Below are positions 25,763 through 33,235 of a stretch of 33,235 bases of DNA, in pieces. The DNA comes from Verrucomicrobiota bacterium. GTDB taxonomy: Bacteria; Verrucomicrobiota; Verrucomicrobiia; Opitutales; UBA953. Under the pieces are notes generated by a model. The model was not told the DNA's origin, ran no database searches, and worked only from the letters and a program-made list of their open reading frames with translations. The stretch's first letter is position 1. Every line of letters begins with the position of its first letter. Location: positions 1 to 33,235 of the forward strand of contig RGES01000001.1 in assembly GCA_009917805.1 (NCBI GenBank). Direction: 5' to 3'. The translations under genes were made by a program, and so were the position numbers.

Positions 25763-27859
25763 ATGCGCCTCCCCACGCTCGCCCTCGTCGCCTTCGGACT
25801 GCTGAACATCGCCTCCGCGGAAGACGCCCGACTCGGCCCGCTCAAAGACCTCAACGGATACTTCCCCTTCCCCGCCCCGAAGTCCGTGCAGGAATGGGAA
25901 CCGCGCCGCGACTTCTTCCGCCGCCAGCTGCTGGTGTCCCAGGGCCTCTGGCCGATGCCGACCAAGACGCCGCTCAACGCGGTCATCCACGGCAAGATCG
26001 ACCAAGGAGACTACACCATCGAGAAGGTGTACTTCGAAAGCGCCCCGGGCTTCTTCGTCACCGGCAACCTCTACCGACCGAAGAACGTCTCAGGCAAGGT
26101 CCCCGCGGTCGTGTTCCCGCACGGCCATTGGACCGACGCCCGTTTCCTCATCCAGCCGGACAAATACGTCCGCGAGGAGATCGCGACCGGTCAGGAACGC
26201 TTCGAGCAAGGCGGCCAATCCCGCTTCCAGTCGATGTGCGTGCAGCTCGCGCGCATGGGCTGCGTCGCCTGGCAGATCGACGCCCTCAGCGATTCGGATT
26301 CGAAGCAGTTCACGCCCGAGGTCATCCACAAGTTCGCCAAACAGCGTCCGGAGATGAACCGCACGGAAGGCTGGGGCCTCTACAGCCCCCAGGCCGAAGC
26401 CAACCTGCAGAGCGTGATGGGCCTCCAGACCCTCAACTCGATCCGCAGCGTCGACTTCCTCCTCACGCTCCCTGAAGTCGACCCGACGCGCCTCGCGGTC
26501 ACGGGCTCCAGCGGCGGCGGCACCCAGACGATGCTCCTGGCCGCCTCCGACCCCCGCCTGGCGCTTTCGTATCCGGTGGTGATGGTCAGCACTGCCATGC
26601 AGGGCGGCTGCTCCTGCGAAAACGCCACGCTCCTCCGCGTGAACTCAGGCAATGTCGAGATCGCCGCCCTCTTCGCGCCGAAACCGCAGGGCATGAACAC
26701 CGCGAACGACTGGACCAAGGAGATGGCGACCAAAGGCTTCCCCGACCTGCAGGCCCTGTACAAGCTCTACGGCAAGAAGGACTACGTGACGCTGCAACGC
26801 GGCGAACACTTCCCGCACAACTATAACGCGGTCACGCGCATGGGCTTCTACGAGGTGCTGAACCGCCACTTCAAGCTGGGTCAGGCTTCGCCGATCGTCG
26901 AAAAGGATTACGCCCCCTTGCCCAAGGAGAAGCTGACGGTCTGGGACGACGCTCACCCGGCCCCGAAGTCCGGCGATCCCGACTTCGAACGCGGTCTGCT
27001 CAAATGGTTGAAGTCAGACGCGCAGCAACAGCTGCTCGCCGCGGCCAAGACCGCCGAAGGCCGCGAACACGTCCTCCGACCGGCCATCGAGGCCATCATC
27101 GGCCGCCCCTATGCCCAGGCGGGCAAGATCAGCTTCCCCGACGCCAGCACGCAGTGGCGCGACTCGCACTTCCGCACCCAAGGCAGATTGCTCAACGCCA
27201 CCTACGGCGAAGAGGTCGCGATCGACTGGCTGCAGCCGATCAACCCCACCGGCGAAGTGGTCGTCTGGCTCGATGACTCGGGCAAAGGCGCCGCCCGGCT
27301 CGCCGACGGCAGCATCCGCCCCGAACTGCAGGCGCTCATCGACCGCGGCGTCGGCGTTCTGACCGCCGACCTCTTCCTGCAGGACGACAAGGGACTGAAG
27401 CAGACGCGCGTCGTCGCCGGACCCCGCGAAGTCCCGGCTTACACCTTCGGATACAACCATGCCCTGTTCGCCCAACGGGTGCATGACGTGATGACCATCA
27501 CGAGCTACCTGCTGACGCCCCGCGACAGCTCGCAGCCCGCGGTGAAGAAGGTCTCGCTCGCCGGCTTCGGCAAGATGGGCGCCGTCGCCGCCGCCGCGCG
27601 GGCCGCCACCGGCAACGCCATCGCCAAGGCCGCCGTCGATACGGGCACCTTCCGCTTCGGCCAGCTCCTGGATTACCGCGACCCGATGTTCCTGCCCGGC
27701 GGCTCGAAGTATCTCGACGTCCCCGGCCTGCTCTGCGTCGCCTCAGCCCAGCCCCTCTGGGTCGCCGGCGAACCCGACGCCGCGCTCTTCCCCGCCGCCG
27801 TCCTCCACCAAGCCGGCGCGGACGCCAAGACCGCCGCCGCCGATTGGCTCCTCAAATGA
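25763..27859 (+). CDS. Secreted acetylxylan-esterase-like alpha/beta hydrolase (two modules)
   Basis: Signal peptide; IEKVYFES.PG..VTGNLYRP, PHGHW, VTGSSGGGTQT nucleophile elbow, GGCSCE, HNY; second degenerate hydrolase module at the C-terminus. Confidence 0.85.
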   Translation: MRLPTLALVAFGLLNIASAEDARLGPLKDLNGYFPFPAPKSVQEWEPRRDFFRRQLLVSQGLWPMPTKTPLNAVIHGKIDQGDYTIEKVYFESAPGFFVTGNLYRPKNVSGKVPAVVFPHGHWTDARFLIQPDKYVREEIATGQERFEQGGQSRFQSMCVQLARMGCVAWQIDALSDSDSKQFTPEVIHKFAKQRPEMNRTEGWGLYSPQAEANLQSVMGLQTLNSIRSVDFLLTLPEVDPTRLAVTGSSGGGTQTMLLAASDPRLALSYPVVMVSTAMQGGCSCENATLLRVNSGNVEIAALFAPKPQGMNTANDWTKEMATKGFPDLQALYKLYGKKDYVTLQRGEHFPHNYNAVTRMGFYEVLNRHFKLGQASPIVEKDYAPLPKEKLTVWDDAHPAPKSGDPDFERGLLKWLKSDAQQQLLAAAKTAEGREHVLRPAIEAIIGRPYAQAGKISFPDASTQWRDSHFRTQGRLLNATYGEEVAIDWLQPINPTGEVVVWLDDSGKGAARLADGSIRPELQALIDRGVGVLTADLFLQDDKGLKQTRVVAGPREVPAYTFGYNHALFAQRVHDVMTITSYLLTPRDSSQPAVKKVSLAGFGKMGAVAAAARAATGNAIAKAAVDTGTFRFGQLLDYRDPMFLPGGSKYLDVPGLLCVASAQPLWVAGEPDAALFPAAVLHQAGADAKTAAADWLLK

Positions 27860-28546
27860 TGCACCGTCGCACCTTGCTGGCCGGCCTCGCCGTGGCTCCC
27901 TTCGCGGGCCTGCTCGCGGCCGAACCGCCCGCCCGCATCCGCATCGCGCAGATCGGCACCTCCCACGCCCACGCGTCGGGCAAGATGGATGCGCTACGGT
28001 CCCTGTCCGACCTTTATGAGGTCGTCGCATTCGCCGAACCGATCGCCTCCCGCCAAGCCGCCGCCCAGAAGGCGAAATCCTTCGCCGGATTGAAGTATCT
28101 CACCGAGGAAGAAATCCTCGCCGACAAGTCCATCCAGGCAGTGGTCATCGCAGCTCGCCGTCCTGACCTACCCCAAGGCCACCGTGACGATCCGCTGCAA
28201 CCATGCCGATCCCTTCGGCGGCCCGAACCGCCACCTCACCGTCCGCGGCACCAAGGGCGACATGGAGATCTCGCCCCTCGAGTCCGGCACCGGCCTCCTG
28301 CGCCTGGACCAGCATCGCGACACGATCAAGGTCTGCCGGAAGGTCGGCGACACGAGCGTCATGGTCGCCGAACCTCGCTTCCGGAAGGGCGAAAGCGCCT
28401 TCGAGCTCGAAGTCCCCAAGGGCCGTTACGACGAAGAATTCCGCGACCTCGCCCGCGTGCTGCGCGGACAGGCCTTCGGCTGGTCGGCCGAGCACGACAT
28501 CGCCGTGCATGCGACGGCCCTGCGCGCCGCCGGACTGACGCCTTGA
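27856..28546 (+). pseudogene. Tat-exported Gfo/Idh/MocA oxidoreductase, broken by an internal deletion + frameshift at ~28150/28151
   Basis: N-part MMHRRTLL...IAQIGTSHAHASGK...EEILADKSIQAVVI. C-part, in another frame, QLAVLTYPKATVTIR...GTKG..EISPLE...RYDEEF.DLA. The central EKP and catalytic His regions are absent. Confidence 0.8.
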
Positions 28547-28550
28547 TCGC

Positions 28551-29291
28551 TTATTTGAGCACCTTGGCGGCGTAGCCCTGCATCAGCTTGGCCTGGGCTT
28601 CGTCGAGCTTGCCCGCCCCCTTCGGCGCCGGGTCCTTCACGCCGTAGATCTTCCCGAAGAAAATGAGGGCGTTGAGATAGGTGCCGACGAACTCGGGGTG
28701 CGAGTTGTCCTTCTGATGGAGCCGCACGGGCGAAGAGGACGCGTAGTTGAGTTCCCAGGCGTCGCCGCATGGCACCAGCTGCGCCTTGTTATCCTTCGCG
28801 GCGACTCCGTACCATTTGCGCAGCCTCGCCTGCATCTCCTTCGGGTCCTTGCCCATCGCGGAGGCCTTCTTGCTCTCGGTCCAGTAGTCGGCATGACGCG
28901 CCCACGTCTCGTAGAAATAGATCTTCGCCTGCGGGCTCTTGGCCCGGACGCGCTGGCAGAGCTCGGCCGCGCTCGCCAGGAACTCCTTACGCGTGGCCTC
29001 GTCCGTCTCGGCGAGCGCCGGCTCCTGGCTTTGACCTTGGAGCACGACGACATCCCAGCCTCCCTCGTCGATGAGCAGCTGCTGCTTCAGGGTGCGGCCG
29101 CCGGGCGTGGAGGATTTCACCACCGGTTCCTTGCGACCGGAGCCCTTCACGACGTCGAGGAAGACGTCCGGGAGTTTGTTGACGCCGGTGTAGCTGTTCC
29201 CGATGAAAAGGACACGCTGCGGATCTTCCGCGAAGGCGACCGTGGCGAGCATCAGGAAGGCGGCCAACCATGACATCGGGGCGAATCTCAT
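28551..29291 (-). CDS. Secreted SGNH-like hydrolase (GNS variant, DUF4886-like)
   Basis: Signal peptide; VLFIGNSYT, WDVVVLQGQS, YETWAR, VPCGDAW, DNSHP...GTYL.A. Promoter TTGTCA-16-AATGCT lies 6 nt before ATG 29291. Confidence 0.85.
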   Translation of the reverse strand: MRFAPMSWLAAFLMLATVAFAEDPQRVLFIGNSYTGVNKLPDVFLDVVKGSGRKEPVVKSSTPGGRTLKQQLLIDEGGWDVVVLQGQSQEPALAETDEATRKEFLASAAELCQRVRAKSPQAKIYFYETWARHADYWTESKKASAMGKDPKEMQARLRKWYGVAAKDNKAQLVPCGDAWELNYASSSPVRLHQKDNSHPEFVGTYLNALIFFGKIYGVKDPAPKGAGKLDEAQAKLMQGYAAKVLK

Positions 29292-29332
29292 GGCGCCAGC
29301 ATTCCGCAGAATCGAAGGATGACAACCCCGAC

Positions 29333-32300
29333 TTACCAAAGGACCGGCTGGGTCACCCCGATATTACGCTGCACTTCGGGGTCGGTCGGGTCGGACGGCA
29401 GCTTCTTCCAGAGGTCGAGATAGGCCGTCTCCCCGAACTGGCGACCGGCGAAGAGCAGGCCAGGCTGACGGGCCGGCCAGCCTTCCCAAGCCTGCACGTC
29501 GGGCTTCAGGGTCCACTTGGACTTATCGGCGAGGAACGGATAAAGGAACGCCACGGCCTTCCGGATGCCGCGGCCGTCGGGCAACGTGAACTCCCAGAGG
29601 TTGTCCTCCTTGGTGGAGAGCACCTGACAAAGGAGCACCATGTTATCCAGCTGGAAGATCGAGTAGCCGTAGGGCTTGGTGCGGGCCAGCTCCAGCGGGA
29701 ACCCGCCGTCGACGCCCATCTGCTTGCCGACGAAGACCTCCTTGTACTGGTTGCGACAGGCTGCGAGCTTCTCCTGGTCGCCGATGAAGTCCGCGTAGAC
29801 GGCAAGCTGCAGGTAGAACGCCACGGCGTGGTTGTTCTTCGCGGCGGCCTCCTCCTTGCCGTTCTTGCTGGTGACCATCCACTCGGCGAGCTCGCGGAAC
29901 CAGGCGCGGAGGTCCTTGGCCATGCCGGCGGGAAAAGCGGGGGAACGCTCCATGGCCTTCACGGCGGCGGGGACTTCGATCAGGTGCAATGCGTCGATGA
30001 CTCCGATGCCTCGGCCGGGCGAGACGCCGGGGACGGCCTGCGCGAAATTGAGGTTCGGGTTCATGCGGAGCTTGGCATCCAGGAAGAATACCCGGAGGAG
30101 CTCGGCGGCCTTGACGACATACTTGTCGTCGCCCGTGATCTTATAGGCGGCGGCGAGCGCCGACACGGAATCGCGCAAGGTCTTCACTACCAGGCGATGC
30201 TGGCTGAAGTTCTCCGGATTCGTCTCACCGTCGCGACGGATGTACGGCAGACCGTTCGGCTTCGTGGGATCCGGCCACCAGTAGTCGCCGTTCGAGTAGA
30301 AGTCGTTGGCCCCGCCCTCGCTGAGCTTGGCCGGGAACGCGGTGATGCTGACCGGGGCCTGCGCAAGGGCCTTGTCGGCGGCCTTGAGGATCCGCTCGCG
30401 GTCGATGGCGGCGACGTCGACCACGACCTTGGGCGAGACGGGCGTGCCGGCGACGGCGGAAGCCGCCGCGGCGGCCGGCGCGACCTCCGCCTTGGCCTTG
30501 CCCTTCGTCTTGGACTTGGAGGCGGGCTTGTCGGCCTTGGGCTTGGCGCCATCGGCCTTCGGCGTGGCTTCGGCCACCGACTTGTTCTCGACGTTGAGGA
30601 ACTGGGTCCGGCGGCCTTCGGAAGAAGCGCTGAACACGGCCTTATGTCCGGTGACCTTGGCGCTGATCTGCGCCCGGCCGTTGTACATCTGGACGACGCG
30701 GGAGCCGGTGGAGGTACCGAGGTTATCCAGCAGCTGGCCTTCGCCGACCATGCCGAAGCGGACGATGTTGGCGCAATCGAGGCACGGCACGCCTTCGGCG
30801 TCGGCCATCCGCGCCTCGAGGGTGACGACGCCATCCTTCTGCGCCAGCTCGGTCAACGTGAGTTTGGCCGGCTTGCCCCAAGGCTTCGACTGATAGCCGA
30901 CCGTAAGCTCGTCGGCGAGCTCGCCGGACGCGGACTTGGCGACGGCGCGCAGCTTGTTCGGGCCATCCTTCAGGACGACGTTCCAGCGGAGGCCGGCCGC
31001 CGGGAAGTCCTGGCTGTCGCGCTTCTTGGCTCCGAGGCTCTTGCCGTCGGCGAAGAGCTCGACTTCGGCGCAGTTGGAATAGACCCGGATCTCCTTGGCT
31101 TCGCCGGGCTTGCCCCAGCGCACGGGCCATTCATGGCCGAGCAGGCGCACCATGGGCTTGTCGGACCAATAGCTCTGGAAGACGTAGTAACCTTCCTTCG
31201 GCGTTCCGTCGCGTTCGACGACGCCCTTCTGGTTGACGCGCGGCACGGGGTTCTCCGGGCGCAGCGGCGTGGCGAAATCCTTGAAGATCCACTGGGCGCT
31301 GCCGGTCAGCCAAGGCATCTTCTCCTGCTCCTTGAGATGCCAGTCGAAGAGATTGACCATGTAGCTCTCGGACCAGTCGCCGTCCTTGGACATGCGCACT
31401 TTCCCGCCGGTCTTCTTGTAGGCCTTGCCCTTCTCGGCCGTGCCCTCGCCCACGGCGATCTTCTCGATCATCTTCTCGGGCTCTTCGGCGAAACGACGGG
31501 CGTGGCTGTCGCCACCCCACTCGGCATGGAAGAAATGCCGGGTATCCTTCAAGGCCTTCTCGGCGGAGGCGGCGTATTCGGTGTAGCGGCCCGAGTACCA
31601 GCCGGCCCAGATGCTCGGCGAATAGACGTCGACGATGTCTTTGCAGAAATCGCAACGGCGGATGGTCGTCGGACGCGAGGCGTCCAGCTTGTGCGCCAGG
31701 TCGTTCAATTCCGACATGAACGCGCGGATGGCGTCCTTGTCCTGCTTCTCGAAATCGCCCGGCCAGTCGTTCTCGTTGCCGAGGCCCCACAGGATCACGG
31801 AAGGATGGTTACCATGCTGCTCGATGAGGGACTTGAGCATGTCGCGACACTGCTGCTTGTAGCGGTCGCCGCCGATGCCGCCGCGGCACCACGGGATTTC
31901 CTCCCAGACCAGCAAGCCGAGCTCATCGCAGAGCTTCAGCACGAGCGGGGCCTGCTGATAATGACCGAGACGCACGAAGTTGGCGCCCATGTCCTTGATC
32001 GCGACGAGCGTCTGACGGACGACCTCGTCCGGCACGGCCGCGGCCACGCCGGCATGGTCTTCGTGGTAATGCGTGCCCTTGAGGAGCAGACGCTCGCCGT
32101 TGAGCTTGAAAGGCCCGTGTTCGACCCACTCGAAGCTGCGGAAACCGAAGGACTCGGCGACGACCTGTTCACCATGCTTGGACCGAAGGGTCACCGTCGC
32201 CCGATAGAGCTGCGGGGATTTCGGGGACCAAAGCGACGGGTTCGCCAAGGAGAACTTGGCGGTGACGATGCCTTGCGAAGCCGAGACCGCCGCGCCCTCC

Positions 32301-33016
32301 GAGCGAGCGGCGACCTTGCCGGCCGGATCGGTGACCACCACCTCGCAGGTGACGTCGTCAGCCAGCGCCTGCGGATTGGCCAAGCGGACTTCGACGGAAA
32401 CCTCGCCCTTGGCATCCTTGACGGAGGCGGCGACGCCGACACGGGCGACCGAGATGGCCGGCACGTAGACCAGGCTGACATGACGATAGAGGCCGCCGTA
32501 ACGGTTGAAGTCGCTGAGGTCGGAAGGGATGCTCTCGGCGTCGCGCGAGTTATCGCAGAGGACCGCGACCGGCACCTCGCCCTTGAATTCCGGACGGGAG
32601 GACGCCTTGGCCGCCGCTTCGGTGATATCGACGGTCCACTCGTCGTAACCGCCGACGTGGGCGCCGACCTTCTGGGTATAGACGAAGACTTCCGATTTCT
32701 GGCCGGCACCGTCGAACTTCAGGAGCGTACGACCGTTCGGATACGGATTGGCGACCTTGAGCTTGGTACGGTACCAGCCCTGCCCTTGATAATAACGGAC
32801 GTCGGGATCGACGGAGTCGCGGCCGTTGAAGCAATGCGGCAAGGCGACGGGCGACCAGGTGACGTTGTCGCTGGCGGCATCGCCGCGCCAGACCTCCCAG
32901 GTGCTCCCCAAGGTGCCTTGGTAATATTCCCAGCCGGCGGACAGCCGCTGGACGTTCTCCGCCGCAGGGGACGCGAGGGCGAGCAGGACGAAGAAAAGAC
33001 GCGCAAACGTATTCAT
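29333..33016 (-). CDS. GH2 glycoside hydrolase fused to an alginate-lyase-family (PL38-like) polysaccharide lyase
   Basis: Signal peptide. GH2: GANFVRLGHY, WGLGNE, HAEWG, NQKGVV. K/A/P linker ~30427-30580. Lyase: DFYSNGDYWWPDP...PYIRRDGETNP, MNPNLNFAQ, NNH, ELARTKPYGYSIFQL. Confidence 0.9.
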   Translation of the reverse strand: MNTFARLFFVLLALASPAAENVQRLSAGWEYYQGTLGSTWEVWRGDAASDNVTWSPVALPHCFNGRDSVDPDVRYYQGQGWYRTKLKVANPYPNGRTLLKFDGAGQKSEVFVYTQKVGAHVGGYDEWTVDITEAAAKASSRPEFKGEVPVAVLCDNSRDAESIPSDLSDFNRYGGLYRHVSLVYVPAISVARVGVAASVKDAKGEVSVEVRLANPQALADDVTCEVVVTDPAGKVAARSEGAAVSASQGIVTAKFSLANPSLWSPKSPQLYRATVTLRSKHGEQVVAESFGFRSFEWVEHGPFKLNGERLLLKGTHYHEDHAGVAAAVPDEVVRQTLVAIKDMGANFVRLGHYQQAPLVLKLCDELGLLVWEEIPWCRGGIGGDRYKQQCRDMLKSLIEQHGNHPSVILWGLGNENDWPGDFEKQDKDAIRAFMSELNDLAHKLDASRPTTIRRCDFCKDIVDVYSPSIWAGWYSGRYTEYAASAEKALKDTRHFFHAEWGGDSHARRFAEEPEKMIEKIAVGEGTAEKGKAYKKTGGKVRMSKDGDWSESYMVNLFDWHLKEQEKMPWLTGSAQWIFKDFATPLRPENPVPRVNQKGVVERDGTPKEGYYVFQSYWSDKPMVRLLGHEWPVRWGKPGEAKEIRVYSNCAEVELFADGKSLGAKKRDSQDFPAAGLRWNVVLKDGPNKLRAVAKSASGELADELTVGYQSKPWGKPAKLTLTELAQKDGVVTLEARMADAEGVPCLDCANIVRFGMVGEGQLLDNLGTSTGSRVVQMYNGRAQISAKVTGHKAVFSASSEGRRTQFLNVENKSVAEATPKADGAKPKADKPASKSKTKGKAKAEVAPAAAAASAVAGTPVSPKVVVDVAAIDRERILKAADKALAQAPVSITAFPAKLSEGGANDFYSNGDYWWPDPTKPNGLPYIRRDGETNPENFSQHRLVVKTLRDSVSALAAAYKITGDDKYVVKAAELLRVFFLDAKLRMNPNLNFAQAVPGVSPGRGIGVIDALHLIEVPAAVKAMERSPAFPAGMAKDLRAWFRELAEWMVTSKNGKEEAAAKNNHAVAFYLQLAVYADFIGDQEKLAACRNQYKEVFVGKQMGVDGGFPLELARTKPYGYSIFQLDNMVLLCQVLSTKEDNLWEFTLPDGRGIRKAVAFLYPFLADKSKWTLKPDVQAWEGWPARQPGLLFAGRQFGETAYLDLWKKLPSDPTDPEVQRNIGVTQPVLW

Positions 33017-33078
33017 GGCTAATTCCTTCGATTAGCCAGCATCCGCCATAGGCTTTCAATTACAGATTACTTAATCTG
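33016..33078. promoter_or_regulatory. Regulatory region of the GH2-lyase gene with two perfect inverted repeats
   Basis: TGGCTAAT-7-ATTAGCCA (33016-33038) and CAGATTA-CT-TAATCTG (33063-33078); minus-strand TTGAAA-17-GCTAAT and an SD-like AAGGA. Confidence 0.55.
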
Positions 33079-33102
33079 ACCTTAAGAAACGGAGCCGACA
33101 TC

Positions 33103-33235
33103 TCACTTTTCAGCAATACCCCAGACTTTCTCGACCACTTTGAGCATGCCGAGGTCCTTCGCACGCAGCTCGGCGCGGTCGAACGGCTCCATGTCGTTGC
33201 GATCGAAATAGGACTCGGTGCTCTCCGCGAAATAC
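33103..33235 (-). CDS. C-terminus of a zinc metallopeptidase-like protein (partial; not in the ORF track)
   Basis: Reverse frame reads YFAESTESYFDRNDMEPFDRAELRAKDLGMLKVVEKVWGIAEK*, matching the E.FAE..E.YF..ND..PF...EL...D tail of zincin-like metallopeptidases. Confidence 0.7.
   Translation of the reverse strand, partial: YFAESTESYFDRNDMEPFDRAELRAKDLGMLKVVEKVWGIAEK

Noticed and set aside
29270..33022. 1250-aa plus-strand ORF antisense to the GH2-lyase gene
   Set aside because: Shadow ORF from strong GC3 bias; no motifs; the minus-strand gene has clear family signatures.

Overview
High-GC, gene-dense bacterial chromosomal window; gene content and protein types suggest a Verrucomicrobiota (Opitutales-like) genome or MAG, which is an inference. 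(1) 1-7299: a tightly coupled four-gene operon, cut off at the left edge. It encodes a Zn-ribbon + P-loop GTPase with FHA-like and GYF-like N-terminal remnants, a membrane-anchored GAP1-N2-type protein, a 982-aa single-pass helical protein and a GYF + 3-TM protein. It looks like a membrane-spanning variant of the GTPase-centred conflict systems and is the best candidate for an uncharacterised system. (2) 7358-17223: housekeeping block with tRNA(CAT), rsfS carrying a histone-like tail, nadD, lpxI, a Tat phosphoesterase, panB-gpsA-SET, a TPR protein, purA with an internal deletion/frameshift, and mgtE. (3) 17273-20704: small accessory block with a hypothetical gene, an HDAC-family deacetylase divergent from a bacterial PARG, and a GYF/TerB-like/PH-like protein. 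(4) 20709-33016: cluster of secreted SGNH and alpha/beta esterases, a duplicated helical secreted protein, a broken Gfo/Idh/MocA oxidoreductase and a GH2 + alginate-lyase-family fusion. Nine genes share a -35/-10 promoter placed 5-7 nt from the start codon, suggesting pervasive leaderless mRNAs. No integrase, transposase, CRISPR array or rRNA was seen. All family calls come from motif recognition by eye; no searches were run.
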